This document shows positions 14,062 to 27,538 of a stretch of DNA of 64,000 nt, in pieces. The DNA is from Takakia lepidozioides (Eukaryota; Plantae; Bryophyta). Where the stretch lies: the NCBI GenBank assembly GCA_030704615.1, contig CM060731.1:48174001-48238000 (forward strand). Direction: 5' to 3'. The notes below the pieces were generated by a model. The model was given only the letters and a program-made list of their open reading frames with translations. It had not been told where the DNA came from and made no database searches. A program made the translations under genes and the position numbers. The first letter of the stretch is position 1; every line of letters starts with the position of its first letter.

Positions 14062-16251
14062 ATGGCAGAGTCGAATCAGGCACACTTGTTTGTTGGACAT
14101 CAGACTGGTGGCAAGGGTACCACCTCCACCATCACCCTTCCTTTTCAAAGACCAAGAGAGGCACTCAGCAGAATTTCTTCTAGCACTTATGGGGATGTTA
14201 GGGCGCTATGCAAGGCAGGACGACTTAAGGAGGCACTGCATGTTTTGGATCAACAAGGCTTCAGAGCAGATTCCAATACTTATGTATGTGTCTTGCAGGA
14301 GGGCATCAACAGGAAACGCCTAGCAGAGGGAAAGCAGGTGCACGCCCACATCGTCCGAACTGAATTTAAGCCAAACATCTTTCTCCTGAACACCCTTCTC
14401 AACATGTATGCCAAGTGCGGGAGCATAATGAATGCACGCAGATTGTTTGACAAAATTCCCGAACGAGATATATGTACATGGAATATAATGATAGCAGGAT
14501 ATGCCAAGCATGGGTGTGGTAGTGAGGACTTTGAGATATATGATGAAATGATACAAAAATCTGTGATGCCCGACAAAGTCACATTCATTTGCATTCTCAA
14601 GGCATGTGCCAGCCTTGGAGCCCTGCAAAAGGGCAAAGACGTCCATGCTGACATAATGACATCTGGAATTGCATCATACATGAAGTTGGAGAACACCCTT
14701 GTTGACATGTATGCCAAATGCAGGAGTATGAAGGATGCACACCAAGTGTTTGTCAACATGAGTAAACGAGATGTGGTCTCATGGAGCACAATGATTTCGG
14801 GATATGCTCAACATGGGCGTGGTAGGGAGGCTTTGGAGATTTATGAGCAAATGATACAAGAGGGAGTGACACCTGACAAGGTCACATTCATTTGCATTAT
14901 CAATGCATGTGCCGGCCTGGCAGCCCTGGAAAAGGGCAAAGATGTCCATGCTGACATCATCAAAGCTGGTATTGGGCAGGATATCATTCTGGAGACTGCC
15001 CTTGCTGACATGTATGCCAAATGTGGGAGCATAAGGGAGGCACGTCAGGTGTTTGACAACATGGCCCAGCGAAACGTGGTCTCATGGAATGCAATGATCA
15101 CTGGATATGCTCAGCATGGGAATGGGAGGGATGCTTTAGACATATACGAGCAAATGTTACAAGAAGGGGTGATGCCTGACAAGGTCACACTCATTTCTGT
15201 TCTAAATGCATGTGCAAGTCAGGCAGCCCTGGAGAAGGGCATGGAGGTCCATGCTGACATCATGAAAGCCAAAATCCCCTTAGATATAATTTTGGAGAAC
15301 ACCCTGGTTGATATGTATGCAAAATGTGGGAGCATTAAGGATGCGCGTCAAGTGCTCAACAATATGGCTGAACGAGATGTGGTCTCATGGAACGCAATGA
15401 TTGCAGGATATGCTCAGCAGGGGTGTGGTACGGAAGCTCTGCAACTATTCGAACAAATGCAAAAGGAAGGCTTGAATCCGAACAGTATCACCTTCATATG
15501 TGTTCTATCTGCATGTAGCTATGTGGGCCTGGTGGAAGAAGGCCATCACTATTTTGACTCCATGACTCGAGATCATGGCCTCACTCCTACCCTAGAACAT
15601 TTTGGCTGCATGGTGGACCTTCTTGGCCGTGCAGGGCAATTAGATGAGGCAGAGGACTTCATTAACAAAATGCCAGTTGAACCAGATATTGGGGTTTGGG
15701 GGGCCTTGCTTGGTGCGTGCAGAATTCATGACAAAGTGGAGGTTGCGAACGTGTGGCGAAAAGATTTCTCACATTGTATCCACAAGAGGCTGGAACTTAT
15801 GTGCTGCTATCAAACATCTATGCTGCAGCTGGCAAGTGGGAGGAAGTAGCAAAGGTGAGAAAAATGATGGAGGATAGAGGGGTGAGAAAGGTACCAGGGT
15901 GCAGCAGCATTGAGGTGGACAACCATTGTTCGCCCAACAATCTTTGAGATGAGTTTGGTGGCCACGTGACAGTCGCCACACACCCGAAGGTTCTTGATGA
16001 TGCGAATAGGCACCCCAGGAGCTGTACTGATGAGCCCAAAAGCAATGGCCAGCTTCTCACTGTGATAGCAAAGAGAAACCTCCTTTCGCTCCTCCTCCAC
16101 ATCATGCAGCACAAAGCGCGTGTCAGGCATATATCCAGCCTCCTTCATCTGCTGATACAACCTCTTCAGCTCAACATGGATTTCTTCAATTTGGGGATGG
16201 AATTTGTCTTCTGCATATGTGTGGTTTTGTTCTTGTGGGGATTACTGGTGA
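14062..16251 (+). pseudogene. PLS-class PPR protein with E/E+/DYW domains (organellar RNA editing factor), disrupted
   Basis: P-L-S triplets (LVDMYAKCGS..DA..VF..M..RDVVSWNAMI.GYAQHG), E domain (VWGALLGACRIH), frameshift near 15750, PG box [12 protein letters not shown], terminal CSCGDYW* at 16228-16251. The intervening DYW segment is inverted. Confidence 0.95.
15924..16230 (-). pseudogene. Inverted internal segment of the E+/DYW cytidine deaminase domain
   Basis: Minus strand reads [13 protein letters not shown]...[20 protein letters not shown]...[14 protein letters not shown]...[22 protein letters not shown]. Confidence 0.95.
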
Positions 16252-16872
16252 ACAAGCAATACCTACGAAAGAAGTGTGTTGTGTCAGAGTTTACCGAAAT
16301 TCGAAAGTGGGTTGGCACTTGGCACACTACACCAGCAACGCATACATCCTACAGTTTTAATACGCATGTTATTTATGCGTAATGCTAGAGAGGGCACTTG
16401 CTAGGTAGTCATTTGTGATGTGTGGAGCGGAGAAGAAAGCAAGTAAGAGCAACATGGAGAAGCAAATGATGGTTTACAGCCATGCATGGTCCATGAAGCT
16501 GGGTGATCATTTCCCATCTTGAGAAGGTGGTGCCATTGTTTCTCGCATCGGGTCGAAGGGACGGGGTGGGTTGTACCGGAGAATATTTTCTGCGTCTCTC
16601 TCACTCACGAGAGGGGATGGCAGCTTGCTCCGACGTTCTCCTGAGTGTGGATGTGGACTCCATACCCAAGGCCCTGTCTTCTCGTCTCGGTCATGCGAGA
16701 GGCCTCACATCATGTAACAGATTAAGACTCTGGGCTCTGGAGCTGGAAGCAGGATCCACCTTGGCAATGTGCCAAGGACCGAGTGCATGTGGTAGCTATG
16801 GCGCCTCCTAAGCTGTCAGGGATGCTAATTGAAGGTAGTAACTGGAAAGATTGGCACCTCTATTCTTTAAAT

Positions 16873-18405
16873 TGTACTCATAAGACGTTGTTTGCCGTAG
16901 CCTTGTGGCCATTGACCCCGCGCCCAGTTTGAGCGGGAACAAAAGGGACAGAACCTACCTCTGTCAGGGGCTGACGTTGGTAGTAAGACTTACCTCCATA
17001 TAAAGAATTAATCCGGGTTTTCCAGATATCCTCTAGAAATCCCTTCACACAAGCATCAATCTGCTGTGTGTGATTAGCCCAAAATCTAGGCCTCAGGAGG
17101 GCCTGGGCTTTTGGCTCAGCCTCGAGACTTTCAAAGTTGGTAAACAGGGGTACAGGCACAATTGCCTTAATAGATTTGAAGAGAGTGTCTCTTTGGTGAG
17201 AGAACCCCGGACAGTGTATCAGAAAATGAATACTGTCTTCAGATTGCCCACACAACGGGCAATTGCACTCTCCCTTTCCTCTCTGCTTCTGTTTGCTGTT
17301 CAAAGGTAGGCTTCCTGCCCTGAGTTTAAATTTCAGTCTAGTGCCGAGAGTGGGTAGACCCTTGAGGTCATCCAAGATGTCCTCCCCCATGTCACTGACT
17401 GGAAACAAGTTCAGGGAAGTTTTCTGCCTAACTTCATTTTCATCAGACAATCTCATGGCAACAGACATGGCTGAGGACACTACAGCCTCTAAGTCAGATT
17501 TACCCAGCAGGGTCAAGACTTGCGGATCCAGGTCCAGGTCCTTGAGGATCTCTTCTACTCTCTTCTGCCAGGACTTGGCCTGTTTGACAGGGCGGTCCTG
17601 TTTCCAAGATATAGATTGTACTCATAAGACGTTGTTTGCCGTAGCCTTGTGGCCATTGACCCCGCGCCCAGTTTGAGCGGGAACAAAAGGGACAGAACCT
17701 ACCTCTGTCAGGGGCTGACGTTGGTAGTAAGACTTACCTCCATATATAGAATTAATCCGGGTTTTCCAGATATCCTCTAGAAATCCCTTCACACAAGCAT
17801 CAATCTGCTGTGTGTGATTTGCCCAAAAACTAGGCCTCAGGAGGGCCTGGGCTTTTGGCTCAGCCTCGAGACTTTCAAAGTTGGTAAACAGGGGTAGAGT
17901 CGATTCCAAGATATAGAGTCGATTAACTTAGGATATCTGGTGTTGGGCATATGTTGCAGCTGACCCCACCATCTGACCTTGAATTCATCTCGTCGGGAGC
18001 TTAAGGACGGAACGCCAAACTCACCCCGAACAGCCACATTGGCTGTTTTGGAGCATGCTGACATACACTCCTTAAGCACCCCCACTTGAATGGATTCTAG
18101 AGACTTAGCCTGGTTGGAGTTATCAACCCATATAGGAGATCCGTACTCCAAGGCAGGTCTAATAACACGACAAAGCATGGTTTTCTTAACCTCAGAGTTG
18201 ACCCCTCTGCAGCGGAAAGATTTAGTGAGCCCCAGAGCTTTGCCCTTGCCAGTTTGAACAACTTTCCGGATATGTGCATCCCAATTACAATTGGAGGAGA
18301 ACTCAACGCCCAGGTAAGTGTAGAAGGGAGGACCGGGATCTCTTGGCTACTCCACTGCCACTTAAGATCACTTCCTCCCTCTCCTCTGTCGTTGAATGCT
18401 ACCAC
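16873..18405 (-). mobile_element. 5'-truncated LINE (RTE/RTEX- or L2-like ORF2 C-terminus) containing a nested copy of its own 3' end
   Basis: IRPALEYGSPIW, AVRGEFG, KLRAGSLPL and CPLCGQSEDSIHFLIHCP (CCHC knuckle). The 3' ~275 bp is present twice (16873-17146 and 17616-17893). Confidence 0.85.
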
Positions 18406-18929
18406 TGCACATTTGCTGACTATTCTTTAAACTTGGAAGTGGAGTTGACCTATCCAGAAACTAACCTAATTTGGCCGAAGAAGCACACACGATGGTCAGA
18501 CAAGGGCTATAATCCCTGCCCTCTTGAAGCTTTGCGTACATCTGGCACGTAGGTCAACGGTGGAGCATGGAACAGGGCTGGCAGGACTTCTTTAGAGACC
18601 CTTCACAACGGTAGGACTACAGCATTGACAAGGTCCGCTATTGTCATGTGGGTCGAGGAAAAGTCTGTCAAGGAAGGAGAGGAGGGACTGGCTCTGACAG
18701 TTTGTGGACTGGATTGTACCCCTAGTTGTTGGGTTTGATTAGAATCCCTGTTTGCTCTGCAACAGAGCGCTTACTGTCGGTATTGTACACCAGGGCATGA
18801 GAGTAGGTTTGCTCAAGGTTTTTTCCCTTGAGTTTGCAAGGTATTTTGGAGGGTTGACGGTTGTGCTTGGTAGTAGGAAGCTGTGATTAAAACTCTGGCG
18901 CTCAGCTACACCTGGTGGTTCTCACAGAC

Positions 18930-19798
18930 CAATCCAAACTAACTGACTACAGACATAAGCAGTGAACACAAGAGATCCTTCGGATCGAGGGTTGGTTGAA
19001 TCCTTTGTCTTTCACTCTAGTTTAGGTTTTTAAATAGTTAAAATCATTCTTTGGATTTGGATTATATAGGCCTCAGGTGAAAGAAAAGCTAGCTGCTGCC
19101 TTGACAGAAGGTCAAGGACAACGTGGTGAGAACATATTTGGGCTCTCTTGTCCTCTTATAGATTTTTCCCTGCTTTTTCATCAGTAAGTTAGCTCATGGA
19201 GTGCATCTATGTGGTTCTGAATTGTTTTGACATGTTATTGCCAGTGGGGTTGCAGGCAAACGTCCAAAACCCGAAAATAGAGACGAGAAGAAGCTTTGGA
19301 AGGACTATTTTTCAAACCTGACTCAATCGTCTGACAATGCAAAATGGTGAACGCCTGGTATGTTACTGAAATCTTGTCAGCAATTCAGCATAGAAACTAG
19401 TGTTTGGTAAGTAGGGATGGGGTGTTTGCTGGTTTTCATTCTCAGCGCAGGATCTGTGCATTATTGTTGTTGAGGCAGGGATAGAGTGCGCGTGCAGATC
19501 CAGTCCAAGGCAACCAGATTTCAAGCACAAGAGTGAGGCATTGTGGATTAAGAGGTACAAGAAACCAGCAATGGTAGATGGCCAACTGGAAGCAGCAGCA
19601 GCACAGCTGATAAAATCAGGCACGTGCACCATGGACCGTACCACTTCCAAACAAAGCCCAATAGAGGGAGTCTACAAGATCTCTGACACTTATCGGCATG
19701 TTCGGAAACAATGTGAGGGAGGACAGCTAAAAGAGGCTCTGCACGTTTTGAATCAATGAGGCATTTCGGCAGACTTGAATACTTATGTCTCTCTCCTT
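18930..19798 (+). pseudogene. Truncated relic of a paralogous PPR gene 5' region
   Basis: 19712-19798 encodes CEGGQLKEALHVLNQ*GISADLNTYVSLL, matching CKAGRLKEALHVLDQQGFRADSNTYVCVL of the 14062 gene. Upstream blocks gagggttggttgaa.cc and agctagctgc (18987-19100) match 13777-13812. Confidence 0.7.
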
Positions 19799-19843
19799 CA
19801 TTCCATACTGATTATGTCAAAAGTTAGCTCGAACAAAGGCTTT

Positions 19844-20958
19844 TTATATTTGAACGGAGTGTTGTGAGGATGACTCAAGACCAGGAGGTAAAAAAGGATA
19901 AGGATGTAAGTGCACCCAAGCAAACTCCTCTGCATAGCCTGTAGTGTTGACACCAACCGCACAAGAGTCCTCACACGAATACACCACAATTGTCCCCCAA
20001 TCCAGAGAATTTGACCCATTGTCAAGTTCCAAAAAGCTAAGCAGTTGGGGCATGATCTGAAGCCCAAACACACGGCACTTGCCACAATGAGGGCATGGAG
20101 GAATGTGAGTTTGGTTGTCCCTTTGATGAAACCCACAAGGGCTTAGCTCCTGGTGAGCTTGAGATCCTCAATACTTGTTCAGGTGCGCTTGCAATTGTCA
20201 TCTCAAAATCTCTTCATCTAAAGACGATTCTTGGACTTCCTCCGTGTCCGTGGCTGTGAATTCCTCACCAGCCTTTTTTCACAGCCTTTTGCACATAATC
20301 TCCTGGAAGCTCTTGCACCCTATCTCTTGTTGATTTCAAACCACACTCTTTGTTGACAACTTCATTTTCTATCCATTCGCACTCGAATAAAAGCTCCATT
20401 TCTGGCCATGATTTCTTCTCTCTTACTGACTTGAAGCCACTTGGGAGGCCTTTGTGCACAACACCACTAGATGAAGAGTTTGTTGGATCCAACAATTGAT
20501 TCCGAACCACTTCAATGCTTCGACAAGGTTTTTCTTCCAACTGCTTGTACTGCTCATGTTGGTCTTGTTGTAAGCATCTCATGTTTTAAGCATCTCATGT
20601 TTGGACATATGATCACAAGTAGAGTGCAATACACATGAGTTGCAGGTTCTTGTTCAAGCATATCATCAGATACTTGCGTAAGGAACTGAAGCGCACCATG
20701 ACAAATCTCACAAACAAAACTTGAAGATGACCATGTGGAATTATTCACATTGTTCAATGGAACCAACCAATTGGGATGCCCACCAACCTTGCTCATAAGA
20801 AGGTGCCCCTCCGCAACTTTCTTTTCTGTATCTTCAATGGAATCTAAGAAACCTAGCAATACATGATTGTCATCAGTCGTCTCCTTGTCACGTTCTAAAT
20901 CTGATTCAACATGATCATGGAGGCTCAAATGGTTCAACTGCTCCAAGGTGCTATTCAT
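19844..20958 (-). pseudogene. PDCD2/PDCD2L-like (PDCD2_C domain) intronless pseudogene
   Basis: SKVGGHPNWL, CEICHGALQFLTQV, PPCPHCGKCRVFGLQIMPQLL, LDWGTIVVYSCEDSC...YAEEFAWV. Frameshifts include a 16-bp tandem duplication at ~20571-20602. Confidence 0.8.
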
Positions 20959-22520
20959 CTTGTATGCAAAATCTAAGGATGTCTATGTGTGTCTGCATCA
21001 ACCTATGAGAACAAAATACCAGTGTAAAGTATGATAGGAACACAATGCTTTGCAAAATTAAATAACAAGTGTAAATATCAGAGTGTTAATTGAAATTTCG
21101 TGTAAGAGAGTGTTAGTATATATATTTTTAAAGTAGCAATCCATTTGGTATATTCCAATATCATCACTTATTCCAAAAGTAACCAAAAATACAATAGTAA
21201 TGTACTTAGCCACTAAGAAGTTTTACTTTTACCTATGATCCACCAATCATAAAGGCTTACGCATGGTTCTACTTTTGTTTAAAATTATCAACCAAGACTT
21301 AACCAAAGTTATACTTGAGTTAAAAAATATCAACCAATAAGAAGTAGCCAATAGATTCATTGGATGGAAAGAAAGCAAATGAATGATGGATGAGGAGAGG
21401 AGGGTGTTTCCATGTGGAATTGTTAGATGAAACTAGGGCAAACATACGAAAAAACATAAAAAACGAGCCAACAACGGAGGAAGAGTAAGAGAAAGTGGTG
21501 GGGAGGAGAGCATTGGGGACACAATTACAACCTAAGAGAATGGACTTCAAGAAACTAAGGGTCCACATCTGGGGACAAATGTACCACGGGGATTACACCA
21601 TATAGAACAGTAGCTCTAGTTAGCTACTCTTTCAAAGTGTAGATAGTCCATGCTCGCAGCTGTTTTCACGATGGGGGTCTTGTGGAGCATAAGACTTACT
21701 TGAGTTCAATAGAAGTCAATATGATCATCGATTTGTGAAATATGAGGATGAATCGCCGAGTGGATGATGCAACTATAGAAGTCGTTGCCGACTACCTAGG
21801 CTTGCCCCACACGCCATAGTCATAGTCGGTGACGACTATTAAGAAGAAGTCGTGACAGATGTTGGAACAATAGTCGGTGCCGACTATTAGAATGGGGTTC
21901 GAGATATAGGTCAATTTGCGAATGGATAGTCTATTGGTTGATAATGAGCGAAATTTCGAGGAAGCCGATTCACGGGTTAAGATAATCATATCAATGGAAG
22001 TAGAAATTGATGATTTGAAGAAGGGGATGGCCGAATTGTGCAGCGAGAGAGCTTTGATACTTGAGGACTTGGACTTGTGAGGGCTGCGATGAAGGTCCAT
22101 GAAAGGGAGGTTGAAGAGCAGAAATATGCTCTTGAAGTGGTAGCTCATAGAAACAAGTATTATTAGATTGGAAGAAAAGTTTCAAGCAAGAAATGGGCAA
22201 TCTTGTATCCCGATTGAGAAAGGAGGAACAGATTGCGTAGATATGTAGATTGTACATGAGAGACCGTTTAGGGGAAAGGTGTAAGACCTTGTACAAGAAA
22301 AAGAATATTATGCACAGAAATGAAATCAGATGCTGCTTTGGAGAAAAGAACAAATCCAAAGAGAAAAAACGTGATAGCAAACTTTATTGCGGAAATGGAA
22401 AACAGTACACTTAGTCCGCAAATAGGGAGGCGGAAAGAAGATTGAAAATCAAAATGCCCGCTTTTTTTGGTTTCATCCCAAGTTTATGGCATAAAAGTTG
22501 CGCTTCTAGAAATCCAGTTT

Positions 22521-25500
22521 TCAAAGCCTCCACAATGCAATCATCCGATTGGACAGTAGAAAAGTCGGACAAATCAGCAAGGGGATACCTGGCTTCTTCT
22601 CCAAAGAAAACCAAATGTGTTCTTGTTTCTTGTGAGCTCTTGAGAACTTGGGTCCTTTTGGATTCACCTCGAACTCGGATATGCGTGTTAATGCTCCCGC
22701 ACTCTCAATCAAATCACACCCGTCATATGTCCTCTCATTCCGTAACATACCTCCCACTTTGCTGAAGAATATTTCACACACATCTGAATCAACAAGGCTC
22801 AAAGGAACTTGCACATGATTAAACTTATCCTTGAACAATTTGATAAGTAGAACCACGTAGTGGCATGCAATTTGTAAATCCAAGTATGCTTCCCTGCTAA
22901 TGAAGAAAGATTTCAGATTATACACCTCGTGGTGGAATAACCACAACTTCCACAATCTGAAAAAAAACGATACCTTCGCAGCAGATTGTACCCTCTCACA
23001 CAATGATATGTGAGGAGACAAAAAAATGTTGATGTAGCATGAAATGATGTATAGGTAAATTTCAGTACCTTTGGTCCTCTCCCTTCGATGATTCACAGTT
23101 GATTGTAACTCCCTCAAACAAGCTTACACCTTCCGAGATGTCAGTCGTTGAGTTGCTGCCCAATTCTGTCGATCTTCTCTTTTGATATCACATTCTCGAA
23201 GTCCATGCTTGTCCACTGAAAATGAATGGTAGACCAATAACACATGATTCAATGTAGCAACCTCATCACCCAACACCAAATTCCGTGATGCACTGTCCAA
23301 GGGATTTACCAATTTTTTTCCATTGTGGATGAAGTCCTGATCATGGAGTCCGTATATATCTCCCCCGTTGCACACTCGACCTGTAAACAACCATCATTCC
23401 CAAGGGATGCAAAATCTACTTCCAGCCCCATTGGCATAATCTTCTAACATCACTTTTCTCCTCCTACTATCTCTGTCTGAAGCATGCCCAATTATAGACC
23501 CAACCACATCCCTCACATATTTGTCCCACAACTGTCTCACCACTTCCCATTGTGATCTCACAAAATTGTTGTCAAATCTATTGCAAGTGAGCTGGATTAC
23601 CAATACCAATCGAGGTAATCGTACATGTAGAGGATTTGCTATCAACACTTTGGCGTAATGGGCAACCACATTGTTTTTGAATTCCTCCACAATATGTCCG
23701 TACCCTGATTCCCCTTCTCCCACTTGCACCACAAAACTTGAAATACATACATGGTTGTCTTGAAGCCCACAGAACCCGAGAAGGGTGTCATCCCTAGCAA
23801 TCCAACGTACCAATCGCTTCACAACAGTTTCATCTTCGGCCACTATCACTGGGATGCTTCCCATTGGAATATTTGCATCTTCCATCACATCTCTATAAAT
23901 TCCAGCCACATGCTGAAATATATCATCCCTTTCTCCCGCTCTATACTTCAAACCTTTCCTCAAAGACCGTCTTATAGTATCAATAGAAGGACCCCCCACA
24001 TTTGAAGCCAAAAAATGATGCAATCTCGGACCCCCCCAAAGCTGCACAGTCTCAAACATTGTTTTTGTGTTAGTACCATACCTCTTCCCTTGTGGAGACC
24101 TGTCAATATTCTTGCCCATATCAACAAGAAAATCCCACAAACTTTCTTTTCCTTCAAAATCCCCCCTCCTATGTGCATCAACAATATCACGACAAAATTT
24201 GAGAACATCTCCTCTTTCAATTGCCTCAATCCCAGACTCCTTCAAACTCCTACATCGCACAGACAAGGATATCACTTTGGTCCTGGCCTCCCACAATTTG
24301 AACCTCAACTGCCTCAACTCCTGTCTGTTTTTGTAAACTTGTTTGACAATCTCGGCATTTCCAAGATATGACAACCTTCTTCCCTTGCCAATATCTCTCT
24401 CCCCTCTATATTCCATGGCACCTCTCTCTCTATATACCCTCATTCTGAAGTCATTTTCCAAGGGAATGGAAGAACATGCTGAACACCTCAAGTTTGGAAA
24501 TGGCTCCCCATCCAATGACACTCTAAAACAATCCGCGTGCCGAAACGTACCAACAACCTTATGCTCTTGATTGTTTAGAGTGATGGTTGCATGTGTCAAC
24601 GGCTCGACATACCACTTCTTTCCTCCCTTGCTATCTTGAAGGAATGGTTTCAGACTTATTCTCTTATGGTTGTACTCCCACCATTCATCCCATAGGCCCC
24701 AACACAAACTGTCTCTTCCTTTGTTGCATTGGGACCTTCGCTATAATTGTCAATCCTCAATCAGATCTGCCCATTGGGCAGCGTCAACACAAGTGTATGG
24801 AGTTTGTGACGAGGATGCTCCCATTGTTGATGCCACAATTGGATTGTCAAGTGGTGGGGACGGCAACACAGGTTGACTGACCAAGAAAGAGCTTAGATCC
24901 CGTTGCTTCACATCTTTGGCAATCATAGGCTTTGGAGGCCTTCCTCTCTTTTTGCACAGTCCTTCACTACTTCCAACCTTCTGGCAAATCTTTGTATCGA
25001 CATGAGTTTTTCCTTTCACATGCTCTGTCAAAGAATATTGCAAAGAACCTGTCCTTGGAAACAAGAGTAGCCACTTCGAATCAAGTGCGCACTTAATCCT
25101 TATGGAACCCAACTGCAAATAGTCTCCAATTGTGGCTTCCACAATCTCAAATCTGTTTCCAGGATTGTCCTCACAAAACCGAGCGACTTCCTCTAATGCC
25201 TCCTTCACCCTGTTCTTATTTGCATCTAATGCTTCATCTGCATTTACAGGGCTGATGACACATTGTGATGAACCCTTCCCATGACGCCTCTCATAGGCTA
25301 TGCGATGTCCCTCACTCCTCAAATGAGATCTCATAAAGTTTGCACATGCATCATATGGTTTGTTTTTCCCAGACCGTGCATAAACATCCTCACACTCAAC
25401 ACACCATATGTGGAATATTGCTTGTCCTTGTTGATCCTTTGTCATGAGCTCAAACTTGTCACATCGTCCTTCTGCAGAGATTTTCCTTTCAACGGCTCTA

Positions 25501-26012
25501 ATATCTTTCTGCCATTTTTGAATATCGCTGGATGTAGCCAACGTGCTGCACAATCTACCATATCTCTGCTGAAGTGCATGCTCATGTTCATTTCCACCAT
25601 CGCCAGCAAAGGGTGTATCAGGGTCCATCCTCATCTTTTTAGACACTGGTGTCGGGTCCTCGCCTGGTCTGTCCTCATGCAAGATCGTAGAACCACTGGA
25701 AGATAGAGGTCTTTTCAATCCTTGGTCCCCATCATTTTGGTCTGAAATCTTAATGTGTACAGTATCTCCTTTCAGAACCATCATCTCTTCCTGCTTGGCT
25801 GAAAGGACACTACCCCCCATGGAAAGGAAATGAATTTTTCCTGAGACAAGCTCATCACCTAGAATTTCTGCTCGGATGCATTTGTATGTGACACCTTGCA
25901 TAGTGAACACAGAACCAAGCCTGTTTGGTGATGCATCTCCTCCAACGAGCAGGACTTTTACTTCCAACTCTTCTTCCATGATGAGTTCACCTGCAAAATG
26001 CAATGAAAACAT
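22521..26012 (-). mobile_element. P-element/THAP9-like DDE transposase relic with N-terminal zinc-finger-like and AT-hook motifs
   Basis: Four track ORFs share one frame and are separated by single stops (24750, 23394, 23124). Motifs: AEDETVV, GHASD, DQDFIHNGKK (DxxH), EDRQNW, SDVCEIFFSKVGG. N-terminal WCVEC...HLRSEGH and KKRGRPPK. Terminal inverted repeats not found. Confidence 0.7.
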
Positions 26013-26658
26013 TTCAAATCAGGCCTTGATAGACCAATAACAAAGCACCCGGGTTGGAAGGTTCCAAAGTCCTATTTTATACAGCCCTATAGGCTGTCCA
26101 AGCAAGGACTACGTTGATAAGAGGATGAAATGTGTACAGAAGCAAGTACCTGATTGATGAGTTTGACGCTGCTAATTCTTGCTGCTACTATTGACCATGT
26201 GCTGCTACTTCCACTGCTGGTAGCCTTCTTGGGTGATCCTGAACCCACAGTCCATCCTTGCATCAGCGGCTAGCCCTCCCTCCACACTAACATATTTAAA
26301 TACAAAGTTATGTCAAACTCCCTACGATGTTGCATGAAGAAAGCTCATCTTGTTGACAATATTGTCCCACCGCTGTGGATCATATTTATAGAACTCCTGC
26401 CATCGCTGTTCCTTGCTCCAAATCTGGCCCTCTTGGATGATTTTGCACCCACGATCCTCTCCCTGCATCAACAGCTACCCCTCCCTCCACACTAACAATG
26501 CGTACATCATGCCTCTGCAGCTGCTACAGTGGCTTCCAGTTGACCATCTACCCATGCAGGTTTCTTGTAGCTATCCTTCCACATGGAATCATAGGTAATC
26601 TGGAGCTTGGAATCCGGCCATCTGGAAATTTAGGGATGACATGATAACAGGGAAAAAT

Positions 26659-27150
26659 AGGCTGAAATGTGTTGAAGAAAGTACCTTCATTAGCAGTCCC
26701 TTGTTATATCAATTGCGCTGCTGCCGCTGCTATTTCCAGTTGACCATCTCCTACATTGTCCCACCACTAACTGGGGTCAGAAAAGTATTCATTCCTTGAA
26801 AGCTTCTCTCCATCTCTGTTATCTTTTTTTAGGTACTGTCATGCTACCACCTCGGCAGTAACTTGCAAAGTCACTCCAAAGCACCGCAGATCCACCCAAC
26901 GAGCTAACTTACAAAATTCAATACATATGCTTCAGGGCTGAGTCTGATGAGAGGGAAAAACGGGGTGAAACAGGTCAAACCAGAAGGTGCCCTCAGGCTG
27001 AAATGTGTTGAAGAAGGTACCTTCATCAGCAGTGCCTTGCTCTATCAATTGCGGTACTGCCGCTGCTGTTTCCAGTTGACCATCCACCCACATTGTCCCA
27101 CCATTGACTGGGGTCAGAAAAGTGTCTCATTCCAAAGCTTCTCTTCATCT
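26659..27150. repeat. Diverged ~155-bp direct repeat (26659-26815 and 26995-27150)
   Basis: Both copies run aggctgaaatgtgttgaagaa.gtaccttcat...ctggggtcagaaaagt...aaagcttctct.catct. Confidence 0.85.
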
Positions 27151-27538
27151 CGGTAACTTCAATGCCCAAGTGGGCAAAGGGCTCCATCAGGACGATATCA
27201 TTGGGTCTTCTGGTGAGGACGAGCTGAATTCTAATGGCAGACGGTTAATTAACTGTCTGGAAGAGCTTCAGCTTTTGACCTTGAATAACAAGACAAGAGG
27301 TGACCAAGTGCAGTGGACTCGTGAGAAATCCCAAACTGGGGAACGTTCCATTGTGGACTATATCATAATGGACAAAAATTTGTTCCCCCAGTGTGCCAAT
27401 GTGTTGATCAATAGAACTGATATTGGTATCTCTGACCACTTCCTGGTTTGGACTGAGATCAAAAGATATTTTCCCAACACCAGAGTAGAAGAGATTCTCA
27501 AGGACCTGGACCTGGATCCGCAAGTCTTGAACCTGCTT
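27150..27538 (+). mobile_element. LINE APE endonuclease fragment joined directly to a C-terminal ORF2 piece (internally deleted copy)
   Basis: GNFNA, NSNGRRL, SIVDYII and SDHFLV motifs, then RVEEILKDLDLDPQVL, whose DNA matches the LINE at ~17512-17562. Confidence 0.8.

Noticed and set aside
15810-16160. Stand-alone antisense DYW gene
   Set aside because: It lacks its own DYW terminus, which is on the plus strand at 16228-16251; explained by inversion.
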